Source: a bacterium
Lineage (GTDB): Bacteria; Patescibacteriota; Microgenomatia; JAMCZE01
Length of the DNA: 64,000 nt
NCBI GenBank assembly: GCA_021836035.1
Contig: JAKBJL010000004.1
Coordinates: forward strand, 3,841 to 67,840
Direction: 5' to 3'
The notes under the pieces: generated by a model
The model's input: only the letters and a program-made list of their open reading frames with translations
Databases searched by the model: none
Told to the model about the DNA's origin: nothing
In this document: piece after piece, positions 14,448 through 23,564 of the stretch
How the letters are laid out: each line of letters opens with the position of its first letter
Numbering within the stretch: the first letter of the stretch is position 1
Position numbers and translations under genes: made by a program

Positions 14448-14935
14448 TGCGCCGGGGCTTTACTTTAATCGAGCTGATGGTAGTAATTGCGGTTATTGGG
14501 GTTTTAAGCTCGATTGCTATTTACGGGGTAGAAGCCGCTTATCGGTCGGCACGGGATGTGCAGAGGATGCAAATTATGCGTGGGGTAGCTCTTGCCATCC
14601 AGGGATATCAGTCCATTAATAATGCTACCTATCCCGCTCCCTTTAACGGCTCAAGCGGCAATCGATTCGGAGACCTAGTTAATCCCCTTAATGGTTTATT
14701 AACTAACCCTGCGGGCGGAGGCTCATCACTTTTAAACGGTACACTTAAGGATCCCAGACAGGATTGCTCTTATGCCATAACCCAAACCAAGGACTGGTAC
14801 CCCTGCTGGCCGGCAATCTATCCGGAATATTCCTACGAAGTAGCCGACGGAATTCATTGCTCGGTAAATAGCGCCTATCAATTGGTTCTTACCAAAGAGG
14901 GCGGCGGGAAAAGCTATTTTTGTGGCCCGCAGTAG
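14447..14935 (+). CDS. Type IV (pre)pilin, major-pilin candidate 1
   Basis: N-terminus MRRGFTLIELMVVIAVIGVL, the class III signal peptide (G/FTLIE). Confidence 0.8.
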   Translation: MRRGFTLIELMVVIAVIGVLSSIAIYGVEAAYRSARDVQRMQIMRGVALAIQGYQSINNATYPAPFNGSSGNRFGDLVNPLNGLLTNPAGGGSSLLNGTLKDPRQDCSYAITQTKDWYPCWPAIYPEYSYEVADGIHCSVNSAYQLVLTKEGGGKSYFCGPQ

Positions 14936-15022
14936 GAATTTGTTGCCCGTTGACAAGAGGTCGAAAAATAGGTCATAGTTATATTAGGCAGAAATTTTTG
15001 ATAGGCGGAAGGGGGTGAAAGA

Positions 15023-15439
15023 ATGAAAAAAGGTTTTACGTTAGTAGAGTTGATGGTGGTAATCGCGGTTATCGCCATTCTTGCCACCATCGCTTTGTTC
15101 GGTATTCAGAAAGCGCAAGCAGCAGCTCGGGATACGCAAAGACAACAGATTGCGAACACAATGAGAGCGGCGGAGGAAAGGTATTATGGAGATCACGGAA
15201 CTTATGCAGCTGATTTTGGAGCACTAGCCACTTATATGGCTGATCCAACTGATCCAGGTTGTGGGACTGGCCCTCAACCTCTAACTTTGGCTGGCGCTAC
15301 GAGTGTATTAACGCCTGCAAATTGTACAGTTAACCCACCGGTAAGCTATACGATAACGAACTCAGGATCTACGGCTGACTATACGATTACTTTGGTCAAA
15401 GAGAGTGGTGGGAATAGTGTTTTTCTAAGTCCTAAGTAG
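15023..15439 (+). CDS. Type IV (pre)pilin, candidate 2
   Basis: N-terminus MKKGFTLVELMVVIAVIAILA. Confidence 0.8.
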   Translation: MKKGFTLVELMVVIAVIAILATIALFGIQKAQAAARDTQRQQIANTMRAAEERYYGDHGTYAADFGALATYMADPTDPGCGTGPQPLTLAGATSVLTPANCTVNPPVSYTITNSGSTADYTITLVKESGGNSVFLSPK

Positions 15440-15497
15440 AATTAAACAAATTGTTTAATTTTGGGACTTTATCCCGAAAAGGGGGAGGTGAAATAGT

Positions 15498-15926
15498 TTG
15501 AATCTGCCCGAAAGCAGAAAAGCTGATAAAGGTTTTACATTAGTTGAATTGATGATCGTCATTACGGTCATCGCTATCCTGGCAACGATCGGGGTAATGT
15601 CTTTTACCAGAGTACAAAAGCAAGCCAGGGATACCAAGCGGAAAGGAGATCTCCGGGCGTTGGCTACAGCATTGCAGGCATATTATACGGAAAAGACGGC
15701 TTATCCGGCCACGCTGGGTTTACTTGTTCCGGATTATATTCCTAATGTACCTCCTCCTCCGGCCGGAGCGTCGCAAGCAGTATATACCTATAATACCGAT
15801 TCAGCGTCGAAATACGCGCTTTGCGCGGTAATGGAAACACAGGATCCGGCCACTCTGATTTGGAAAGTTTCTACGCTTAACCCGGGAGGTTACGTTACTG
15901 CTGATGCCGCCTGTGGCATTGAATAA
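15498..15926 (+). CDS. Type IV (pre)pilin, candidate 3 (TTG start)
   Basis: Leader then KGFTLVELMIVITVIAILA. A strong SD (gggggaggtg) lies 7 nt upstream of the TTG. Confidence 0.72.
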   Translation: MNLPESRKADKGFTLVELMIVITVIAILATIGVMSFTRVQKQARDTKRKGDLRALATALQAYYTEKTAYPATLGLLVPDYIPNVPPPPAGASQAVYTYNTDSASKYALCAVMETQDPATLIWKVSTLNPGGYVTADAACGIE

Positions 15927-15943
15927 GGCAGAGTAAATAACAA

Positions 15944-15983
15944 CACGCCCCGCGATCTTTGCGGGGCGTGTAAATATTTATTT
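15944..15983 (+). terminator. Rho-independent terminator after the pilin genes
   Basis: cacgccccgc-gatcttt-gcggggcgtg, a 10-bp GC stem, followed by a T-rich tract. Confidence 0.6.
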
Positions 15984-15986
15984 AAA

Positions 15987-16766
15987 ATGGCTGATTTAGT
16001 AATTATTTGGGTAGTTGGAACAGCTCTTTTCGGTTTGATAATCGGCAGTTTTTTAAATGTTTTGATTTATCGCTTGAACACCGAAGGCTCCCCTTCTCCT
16101 TTTTTCGGGCGGTCCTTTTGTCCCCATTGCCAACACGTGCTGAATTGGTTTGACTTGGTTCCCATTTTCTCCTTTATCTCGCTTAACGGACGTTGCCGCT
16201 ATTGCCGCAGCCCGATAGGTTTAAGATATCCTACGGTAGAACTGGTGACCGCTCTTTCCTTTGCCGCGGTTGCTCTCTATACCGGAATACAGGCTCCCCT
16301 CTTATTGGCGGAAAATTTAATTTTAACCGCGGTTTTGATTTTAATATTTTTCAGCGATTGGATTTTCGGCTTGATCCCGGATGAAGCGGTTATTATGCTG
16401 GGTCTTTTGGGATTAGCCGCCCATATAGGCAATGGGGAAGAACTGGCTTTGGCTTTCAGCTCTGGCCTGGTATTTGCCAGCCTTTTTGCCCTCCTCATTG
16501 TCCTCACGCGCGGCCGGGGTATGGGCTGGGGCGATGTAAAACTGGTATTGGTAATGAGTCTCGTTTTAGGCTGGCCGAATATTTTGCTTGCCCTTTGGCT
16601 GGGTTTTGTGGCCGGCGGAATTGTTTCCTTAACACTTGTACTCTTGCAACGGAAAAAATTTAATGAAACAATAGCTTTGGGGCCGTTTCTGGTTTTAGGT
16701 ACGGCGGTTGCCTATTTTTATGGTCCAACGATTATCTCCGCTTTCTTTCGGTTATACCCTCATTGA
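15987..16766 (+). CDS. pilD: Prepilin peptidase (A24 family)
   Basis: N-terminal zinc-ribbon CPHCQHVLNWFDLVPIFSFI...CRYCRSPIG, followed by a polytopic membrane domain. Confidence 0.9.
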   Translation: MADLVIIWVVGTALFGLIIGSFLNVLIYRLNTEGSPSPFFGRSFCPHCQHVLNWFDLVPIFSFISLNGRCRYCRSPIGLRYPTVELVTALSFAAVALYTGIQAPLLLAENLILTAVLILIFFSDWIFGLIPDEAVIMLGLLGLAAHIGNGEELALAFSSGLVFASLFALLIVLTRGRGMGWGDVKLVLVMSLVLGWPNILLALWLGFVAGGIVSLTLVLLQRKKFNETIALGPFLVLGTAVAYFYGPTIISAFFRLYPH

Positions 16767-17268
16767 GCTGATGTCCGTGATTGCCGTGATGGCGATTATT
16801 GCTACCATCGGTTTTTACGGTATGCGCGGTACTGACGACAGCCAAAAAGTTGCGGAAGCTAAACGCCAACTGCTTGCCGATCTGCGCGGGGTGCAAAACA
16901 ACGCTCTTGCCGGGGAAACCGGCGGGCAAACGAGGTGGGTAACTTTTACCCAAAATAGTTATACTATTCGCTCGGTGGATAATTATTCGCATAAATTTGA
17001 ACAGGACACGACAACCACTTTACCGGATGGGGTTACTCTGGATGCGCAACCAGCATTACCAAATCCCTTTACGGTTTGCTTTGCAAACCCCAATGCTGTT
17101 GAGATAACTTGCCCGCCGGAAGGGTTACCCCACGATATTCATTTTACTTTTCCGTATTCGAGTGGGGGAACTTTAAATATCACGTTGCACGGACGCAGCG
17201 GACCGGTGGAAAATATTTATATCCAGCCGGATTCGAATGATGTCCGTGTGGTGCGGATTTATGATTGA
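16720..17268 (+). CDS. Minor pilin / pseudopilin
   Basis: Prepilin motif LSFGYTLIELMSVIAVMAIIA. The start is taken at ATG 16720, overlapping the pilD 3' end. Confidence 0.62.
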   Translation: MVQRLSPLSFGYTLIELMSVIAVMAIIATIGFYGMRGTDDSQKVAEAKRQLLADLRGVQNNALAGETGGQTRWVTFTQNSYTIRSVDNYSHKFEQDTTTTLPDGVTLDAQPALPNPFTVCFANPNAVEITCPPEGLPHDIHFTFPYSSGGTLNITLHGRSGPVENIYIQPDSNDVRVVRIYD

Positions 17269-17701
17269 CGAATTAAAAACAAAAAAAGGGATGACTTTGG
17301 TGGAGACAGCAGTAGCCTTGGCTTTAATGCTGGTTATCGGCGGGGCTTTAGTTTCCTTTGCCGTCGGAGGGCTATCTCTTTCCAACTCTTCCAATATCCG
17401 CGCGGCGGCTACCAGACTGGCGGAGGAAAAAATGGAATTGATCAAATCGACAGAACACAACAATAAAATGGCTATCCAAACGGGAGATTTTAGTTCCCTG
17501 ATTAGTTCTACGGATCATCCCGGCTTCGGTTCCAATGCTACTTTTTTTACCCGGACGGTTACCGTAACATCTGTCGGAACGCCTCCGGATCGGGTAATCG
17601 TAGCGGTTTGTGTTTACTGGGATGAAAAGGGCAGGATCGGTAATTGCGCCTCAGGAATGAATGCCGTTAAACTTTCAACATATATTACCAAATGGGAATA
17701 A
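17261..17701 (+). CDS. Minor pilin / pseudopilin
   Basis: MIDELKTKKGMTLVETAVALALMLVIGG. The start overlaps the upstream stop in an ATGATTGA arrangement. Confidence 0.62.
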   Translation: MIDELKTKKGMTLVETAVALALMLVIGGALVSFAVGGLSLSNSSNIRAAATRLAEEKMELIKSTEHNNKMAIQTGDFSSLISSTDHPGFGSNATFFTRTVTVTSVGTPPDRVIVAVCVYWDEKGRIGNCASGMNAVKLSTYITKWE

Positions 17702-18246
17702 AAATTTTAAAGAGGAAAAATACCGGCGGTTTTACTTTAGTAGAGGCTTCAGTGGTTATTGGTATTTTTGCCATACTCTTATCGGCGGGAATCACGATCA
17801 TTTTACAGGTAATGCAGGCTTCAAACGCTGTGGCGACAGAAAATGAATTGCGGCAAAACGCTTCTTTGGCAATGGAAACGCTGGGCCGGGACATTCGGAA
17901 AGCTGCCTGTGTGGTGACATCCAATAGCGGCCACACATTAACCCTTTATACGTCTTACTCTTCCGGAGTATGCAACCCCAACTCTTGGTTTGTCCATTAT
18001 GACTTCGTAAACGGTTCGGGTCCTCCTACCAGGATCGAACTAACAAAAACTACTAACGGGGCATTACCCGATTCGATATCCAGCAAAAAGGTAACTTTTA
18101 GCGGCTCAACATTTAGCAGCACCAATGTAACCGGGCCGGTGACCATCAACCTGCGTGTTTCTTCAACTTATACCGGAACACGAGCGGACTTTAGTGGGAC
18201 GATTACCCAGCAGGAAACTGTTTCTCTGAGACAACTTAACTATTAG
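17692..18246 (+). CDS. Minor pilin / pseudopilin (PilW-like)
   Basis: GGFTLVEASVVIGIFAILLSAGITI class III signal. Confidence 0.62.
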   Translation: MGIKILKRKNTGGFTLVEASVVIGIFAILLSAGITIILQVMQASNAVATENELRQNASLAMETLGRDIRKAACVVTSNSGHTLTLYTSYSSGVCNPNSWFVHYDFVNGSGPPTRIELTKTTNGALPDSISSKKVTFSGSTFSSTNVTGPVTINLRVSSTYTGTRADFSGTITQQETVSLRQLNY

Positions 18247-18290
18247 TCCGTGGCTTGACAAGAGGCGGGTAGTTAACATACGATGAAATT

Positions 18291-19115
18291 GTGAGGGACA
18301 ATCACGGCCAAATAGCAGTTTTTGTACTTCTCGTAATGCTCATGGGATTGACTGTGGGCCTGTCTATTACTTCCCGCACAATTCAGGATATTCGCCAATC
18401 GCAGATATCTGATCAGTCCAGCCGGGCTTTTACGGCAGCCGAAGCAGGTATTGAAGAGGCTTTATCTTTATCACAGGCAGATTTGGCTGGTAAGGTGGGA
18501 ACACCGCAACCAGTAGATGCTACAGTTTTGGGTTTTAACGGCAATATTACTTATGAGGTAAGCCAATCTTCCGGTAATACTTATACGGTTAACGGGGTAA
18601 AAAAAGATGATGTGGTATCGATAGACTTGGGCGGATTAGGTGGAGACTCGATTACCGTTTTTTGGAACAGCTCATCAGAAGCACCCGTCTCCCCTTACAA
18701 TTGCGGGGTGGATAACAGCGGCCCTTCCTCTTTGGAATTAACCTTTTATTATTTAACGACAGGCGGTAATTACGGAGTACAAAAATTCGCTTATAATTCT
18801 TCGAGTTGTAACTCTCTTGGTCCGATTAATCATTTTTCTCAGGCGAGCGCAGGCAGCTCTAATTTTAATGATAAGACTGATACCCTGACTATCCCTTCGG
18901 GTAGCAAAATTTTATTAAGAATCAGACCGATCTATCGGGGAACATCTATTATGGTGCAGGCCACGAAGGATTTGCCGCCGCAGGCATATGAAATTACCGC
19001 TACCGCGACAACTTCCGGCGGGGCGACCAGGAGGGTTCAAGTCACTAAATCGGCCGGTACTTTGCCTTCCATCTTTGATTATGTCCTCTTCTCCGGACAG
19101 GATTTAAAGCAATAA
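18291..19115 (+). CDS. PilX-like pilus assembly protein (GTG start)
   Basis: N-terminal hydrophobic anchor QIAVFVLLVMLMGLTVGLSITSRTIQDI, a typical PilX N-terminus. It is located inside the pilus locus. Confidence 0.45.
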   Translation: MRDNHGQIAVFVLLVMLMGLTVGLSITSRTIQDIRQSQISDQSSRAFTAAEAGIEEALSLSQADLAGKVGTPQPVDATVLGFNGNITYEVSQSSGNTYTVNGVKKDDVVSIDLGGLGGDSITVFWNSSSEAPVSPYNCGVDNSGPSSLELTFYYLTTGGNYGVQKFAYNSSSCNSLGPINHFSQASAGSSNFNDKTDTLTIPSGSKILLRIRPIYRGTSIMVQATKDLPPQAYEITATATTSGGATRRVQVTKSAGTLPSIFDYVLFSGQDLKQ

Positions 19116-19132
19116 ATTTACGGGTTACTACC

Positions 19133-20566
19133 ATGTTTAAAATGCGGATATTTTTAAGCGGGATTTTATTGCTTCTGTTTCCCCTTGCCGTAAAAGCCGC
19201 CAGCCCCCCGGTTACCACGCTTAGCGTGGTAAATTCTACTTTGGGTAATAACGGCTGGTATATCAGCGGAGTGGATACGGTTTTAAACGCGACGGCGGTG
19301 GCTCCGGCCGGTATCGCCTCCATCAATTACTATTATGACAACCCGCCGGTGACCACAGTCAATTTTCTGGGAAACAATCTCCAAGAGTCGACGGAAAAAA
19401 TATTTACCGCTAACGGTACCCACGCTCTTTATTATTGGGCGGAGGATTCGCTGGGTAGCCCCGAAACAACCAAATCCGCGACTTATAAGATTGATACGAT
19501 GGCTCCTTATCCCTGGATGAATTGGATTGCCACCCAACTTTTAAATGACCATACCTTCCAAATTAAGGTGGATATCAGCGACCTGACTTCCGGTATCGAT
19601 CCTACAAGTGCCCAATTCCAGTACCGGACGGATATCGGTTTACCCTACGGTTATCATACCGATTTGCTTAATTGTTCCAGCCCTTTCCAGACAGATGCCT
19701 GGGCACCGGCAAGCTATAGCGGCGGAAAAGTCACCGTGCCGGCGATTGATTTTTGTAATAGCAATTGGGGGACCTGCAGTAAGTATCTCCGGATAAAAAT
19801 TACCGATCAGGCAGGAAACAACAGCATCGGTCAATATTGCATAAACAGTCCCTGGTTTATAACAAAAAACGGCGATGCTCACGCGGAACTGGGCTATTAC
19901 GTTACCTCTCCGGCGGCGGGTAATTACTCCGCTGATTATATAGTTTCTTACGGAGGGGGCAGTAATTCCGGTTTCAGCTCTGCTAATTCCTGGTATTTGG
20001 ATGATTATCCCCTGGATAGTATCCGCCCGACATACGCCAGTTTGTTTACGGATGTGGGCGCTAGAGCCGTAGCGTTGCCTTCGGGTCGCCTACCGATAAT
20101 CAGCGGCGTTTATTTGGTAGATTCCGGGTATACCATTGACAACACCACAATTCCGAACAATCTGGCTACCCAGCAAAACCTCGGCGCAGTGATTTTTGTC
20201 AACGGAGATTTAACTGTTAATGCCCACTATATCCTCCACCCCTCTGCGGCTTATGTATTTATCGTTTCTGGTCGGGTTTTGGTTAATAATAGTGTGGATG
20301 AGATGTCCGGCTATTTTATTGCCGACGGGAATATTGATCTTTCTTACACCAGCTCGGGAAACGAAACTACAAGCAAACCTATAAATGTTTACGGCGGTTT
20401 AGTATCCGGAACCGGATTCCGTTTTAGCCGCTCGTTTCCGGACCAAAAAAATGTAACGACGCCCACAGCAATAATTACCCTGCAGCCAGGATACTTTTTT
20501 AATCAGGCCCTAATGAGGGATTTCGGCGTCAAAGCCTATTATAAATGGGCGGAAGTAGCGCCATAG
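19133..20566 (+). CDS. Secreted 477-aa protein embedded in the pilus locus; candidate pilus-associated adhesin or tip protein
   Basis: Cleavable signal peptide MFKMRIFLSGILLLLFPLAVKA/AS. The sequence is rich in N/S/T/G/Y and has no recognisable catalytic motif. It sits between the pilX-like gene and pilM. Confidence 0.45.
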   Translation: MFKMRIFLSGILLLLFPLAVKAASPPVTTLSVVNSTLGNNGWYISGVDTVLNATAVAPAGIASINYYYDNPPVTTVNFLGNNLQESTEKIFTANGTHALYYWAEDSLGSPETTKSATYKIDTMAPYPWMNWIATQLLNDHTFQIKVDISDLTSGIDPTSAQFQYRTDIGLPYGYHTDLLNCSSPFQTDAWAPASYSGGKVTVPAIDFCNSNWGTCSKYLRIKITDQAGNNSIGQYCINSPWFITKNGDAHAELGYYVTSPAAGNYSADYIVSYGGGSNSGFSSANSWYLDDYPLDSIRPTYASLFTDVGARAVALPSGRLPIISGVYLVDSGYTIDNTTIPNNLATQQNLGAVIFVNGDLTVNAHYILHPSAAYVFIVSGRVLVNNSVDEMSGYFIADGNIDLSYTSSGNETTSKPINVYGGLVSGTGFRFSRSFPDQKNVTTPTAIITLQPGYFFNQALMRDFGVKAYYKWAEVAP

Positions 20567-20634
20567 TAAAACAAGTTCCAATACAAAAATAAGAGGTGCG
20601 AAAAAACCAATCAGCATTCTTCTTGTAGTTCTAT

Positions 20635-20664
20635 TTGAACTTGAGCTTGAACTTTAACTTGAAC
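20635..20664 (+). repeat. Five tandem TTGAAC-like hexamers (ttgaac ttgagc ttgaac tttaac ttgaac) in the pilM upstream region
   Basis: Directly visible. Exact TTGAAC copies occur at 20635, 20647 and 20659, a 12-nt phase. Confidence 0.5.
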
Positions 20665-20725
20665 ATATACCTACACTCCGTGGATACTTGACATAAGATG
20701 TCGAAATCGTCGATACTAGATTAGC

Positions 20726-21763
20726 ATGAAATTTCGGGAGCATTTCGGGTTGGACATCGGCGGCGCGGATGCCAAAGTAGTGATGCTGACTCCGCACGGT
20801 AATAATTTAAAATTGGTCGGCTTCGGGAAAGTTTCCGTACCCCCTGGATCTTCCATGTCCGAGAATCATGCAGATCAGGAAAGACTTGCGGAGACCATTA
20901 GAAAATTGTTGCAGGATGCCGGTATTTCCAGCCGGAATGTTGCCGTAGCTCTTCCTGAATCCCAGGTTTTTACCCGGGTAATCGAAACTCCGGTTTTGTC
21001 GGAAGCGGAGCTGGAAAGCGCGATAAAATGGGAGGCGGAACAATATGTCCCCGTTCCTTTAAACGAGGTATTACTACGGCACCAAATTCTTTCCGTACCT
21101 GAGAAAAATGTTCTCGGAGCCAAAATGGATGTACTTTTGGTTGCCGCTCCGCATGCAGTCGTGAACCGCTATATGAACATTCTTAAACTGGCAGGCTTAC
21201 AGGTTTTAGCTATCGAAACGGAAATCTTTGCCATTTCCCGCGCCTTAGTGGGAGCCGACCCCTACTCCCCGACAACTCTCATAGTCAATTTGGGGGCCAC
21301 GACAACGGACTTATCGGTAGTCAAGAAAGGCAATTTAGCCTTTGTCCGCTCGATTGCTACCGGCGGCGAGGCGATAGCTCGGGCAGTTTCGGCAGATTTA
21401 AATATAGATATTAGCCAGGCGGAAGAGTACAAGAGAGCGTATGGACTGGATCCGGACAAACTTGACGGGAAGGTGGTAACTGCGATAAAACCAATAGTAG
21501 AGGTAATTGTGACGGAAATTAAACGGGCAATGGTTTATTACCAGACTAAAAAGCCCGATGATCCCGTCAGGAGAATGGTTTTATCGGGTGGGATGGCGCA
21601 AATGCCCGGCTTAGTCAATTTTTTAGGCGAATCCCTGACGCTGGAAGTCCAGGTGGGTAACCCGGTAGCCAATATCATGAAGAATGACCAACAGGCGAAA
21701 GCGATGTTGGACGATGCCCCGATTTACAGCGCGGCGGTCGGGCTGGCGATGAAAGAAGCCTAA
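20726..21763 (+). CDS. pilM: Type IV pilus assembly protein PilM (actin-like ATPase fold)
   Basis: 345 aa. It has a PilM/FtsA-like architecture (LGLDIGG... N-terminus) and is followed by pilN/pilO-like genes. Confidence 0.82.
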   Translation: MKFREHFGLDIGGADAKVVMLTPHGNNLKLVGFGKVSVPPGSSMSENHADQERLAETIRKLLQDAGISSRNVAVALPESQVFTRVIETPVLSEAELESAIKWEAEQYVPVPLNEVLLRHQILSVPEKNVLGAKMDVLLVAAPHAVVNRYMNILKLAGLQVLAIETEIFAISRALVGADPYSPTTLIVNLGATTTDLSVVKKGNLAFVRSIATGGEAIARAVSADLNIDISQAEEYKRAYGLDPDKLDGKVVTAIKPIVEVIVTEIKRAMVYYQTKKPDDPVRRMVLSGGMAQMPGLVNFLGESLTLEVQVGNPVANIMKNDQQAKAMLDDAPIYSAAVGLAMKEA

Positions 21764-21764
21764 T

Positions 21765-22328
21765 ATGGCCAAAGATATCAATTTACTGCCGGAAAAAGAA
21801 GTTAAAACCAAGCGGGAAGAAGCGGCGATCGGTGGTTTTTATAAGTTAAGTTTGGTTTTTATAGCCTTAGTAGCTATTGTGGCCGGCGGAGTTTTTGGAG
21901 TCGGCCAATTTTTTTCCCTTCAGGTAAAAGCCGTCGAGAGAGCAAATGATAATCTGACTTCTATTATTAACAACCTACGTTCGCGGGAAATTCTTTTGCA
22001 GTCTACCAAAAGCAAAGCAAAAGGCATCAGTGAGATTGTCAGTAAGCGCCCGGATTTTGCTTCCGTGCTGGATGATATCAGCGGTTTGTTACCCGATGGA
22101 GTTCAGCTCAGCGAGTTACAGGTAGACAGAAAAGGAATGGTGAAATTGACGGCTAAAGCGGATAACTCTTCCTCGCTGAATACATTTTTGACCGCCTTGA
22201 ATGACCCCGAAAAGGGCGGCAAGATGTTTAATAAGCTAACCGTAACCAGCATTAAAAACGATAAGAGCGGCGGCTATCTGGTGGTCTTAACCATGAACCT
22301 AATAGGAGGAAAATGGAAAACCGGATAA
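21765..22328 (+). CDS. pilN: PilN-like bitopic pilus alignment protein
   Basis: 187 aa. N-terminal INLLP motif, a single TM segment, then a periplasmic coiled-coil domain. Confidence 0.65.
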   Translation: MAKDINLLPEKEVKTKREEAAIGGFYKLSLVFIALVAIVAGGVFGVGQFFSLQVKAVERANDNLTSIINNLRSREILLQSTKSKAKGISEIVSKRPDFASVLDDISGLLPDGVQLSELQVDRKGMVKLTAKADNSSSLNTFLTALNDPEKGGKMFNKLTVTSIKNDKSGGYLVVLTMNLIGGKWKTG

Positions 22329-23083
22329 GAGAATTAGTCATCCCTATTATTCTCATTTTGGTCGGTGTAGGTGTGATTTTGATGGGAATTTTACCCGGCA
22401 TCGATTCCATAAAAAAGGCCCGGGCGGATTTGGAGGCAGCCAAGAAGAAACAGTCCGTCCTTCAGACCAAAGCTAATGTTTTGAATTCTATGGATGAGGC
22501 TTCAACACGCTCTCTTTTAACTATTGCCTCCAATGCCCTGCCCTCAGAGAAAAATGTTCCCGGCTTATTAGCCGGATTGGAACGGATGGCTCAGGAAGCA
22601 TCTGCTTCCATCCAGGATTTTTCCATCGCCCCGGGGATGCTAGCGACGGAAGCTGCAGCGCCGCCTCCGACTATCGATAAAACCCCTGCCCAGCCAACCT
22701 TTTTTGTCTCCCAAAATAAGGAGAAAGATTACGGTGCCGGGGTAAGTGCGATCCCCTTTATGGCTACTCTTAAAGGAAATTACCTGGCGCTGCATGATTT
22801 TCTGGCCGGTATCTATAAGGTAAATCGCCTTTTGGGGGCCGACTCCATCGTATTTAAAGTCAACGAAAGACCAGCAACCAAGGGACAACAGGACATTTCT
22901 TCCGATTTAGTTCTTCTGGTTTATTATCAACCCGAGGTAAGTTCCGTTGGTAAATCTGATATGCCGCTGGAGCTTTTAACGGAAAAGGAAAAAACCCTGA
23001 TTCAATCAATGTCCGCTAATCCGGTTGTCACTAATCCTCCGGAGCTGGTACCCACCGGGAAAGTTAACCCTTTTAATCCTTAG
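22313..23083 (+). CDS. pilO: PilO-like bitopic pilus alignment protein
   Basis: 256 aa. Single N-terminal TM segment, coiled-coil (KKARADLEAAKKKQSVLQTK), then a C-terminal domain. Its position after pilN supports the call. Confidence 0.55.
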   Translation: MENRIRELVIPIILILVGVGVILMGILPGIDSIKKARADLEAAKKKQSVLQTKANVLNSMDEASTRSLLTIASNALPSEKNVPGLLAGLERMAQEASASIQDFSIAPGMLATEAAAPPPTIDKTPAQPTFFVSQNKEKDYGAGVSAIPFMATLKGNYLALHDFLAGIYKVNRLLGADSIVFKVNERPATKGQQDISSDLVLLVYYQPEVSSVGKSDMPLELLTEKEKTLIQSMSANPVVTNPPELVPTGKVNPFNP

Positions 23084-23318
23084 AGGCTTCTAATAGCTCG
23101 ATTTGTATCCGTCGCTGATTTTTCGTGGCGATAATTTTTATCAGGGTTCTCACTGCTTTGATAATTTTCCCGCTTTTACCGATTACTTTGCCCATGTCGG
23201 AGGGGTCAACAGCAATCGTCAGGATGGTTTGCCCTAAATCGTCGGTGGTTTCGCCAATATGCACTTTTTCGGGGGTATCAACGAGACTTTTAACGATGAA
23301 ATCGAGGGCGTCTTTCAT
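23073..23318 (-). CDS. KH-domain RNA-binding protein (UPF0109/YlqC-like)
   Basis: VIGKSGKIIKAVRTLIKI GxxG KH motif in 81 aa, downstream of rpsP as in many bacteria. Confidence 0.8.
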   Translation of the reverse strand: MKDALDFIVKSLVDTPEKVHIGETTDDLGQTILTIAVDPSDMGKVIGKSGKIIKAVRTLIKIIATKNQRRIQIELLEASKD

Positions 23319-23551
23319 AAATTTTTTGCCAGAAGATTAGCAACTGTTTCTGTTGGCTTGGCACCGACGGAAAGCCAGTATTTTACCCGCTCATTGTTCA
23401 GGACGACCTTGGCAGGATCGAATTTAGGGTCGTAGGTGCCCAATACTTCGATCGCCCGGCCATTGCGTTTCTTATTTTCATCGATAGCAATAACGCGGTA
23501 GACCGGTTTACTAACTTTTCCTAATCTGGTTAAGCGAATTTTTACAGCCAT
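23315..23551 (-). CDS. rpsP: 30S ribosomal protein S16
   Basis: MAVKIRLTRLGKVSKPVYRVIAIDENKKRNGRAIEVLGTYDP. Confidence 0.92.
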   Translation of the reverse strand: MAVKIRLTRLGKVSKPVYRVIAIDENKKRNGRAIEVLGTYDPKFDPAKVVLNNERVKYWLSVGAKPTETVANLLAKNL

Positions 23552-23564
23552 AAGACGGTTTATT

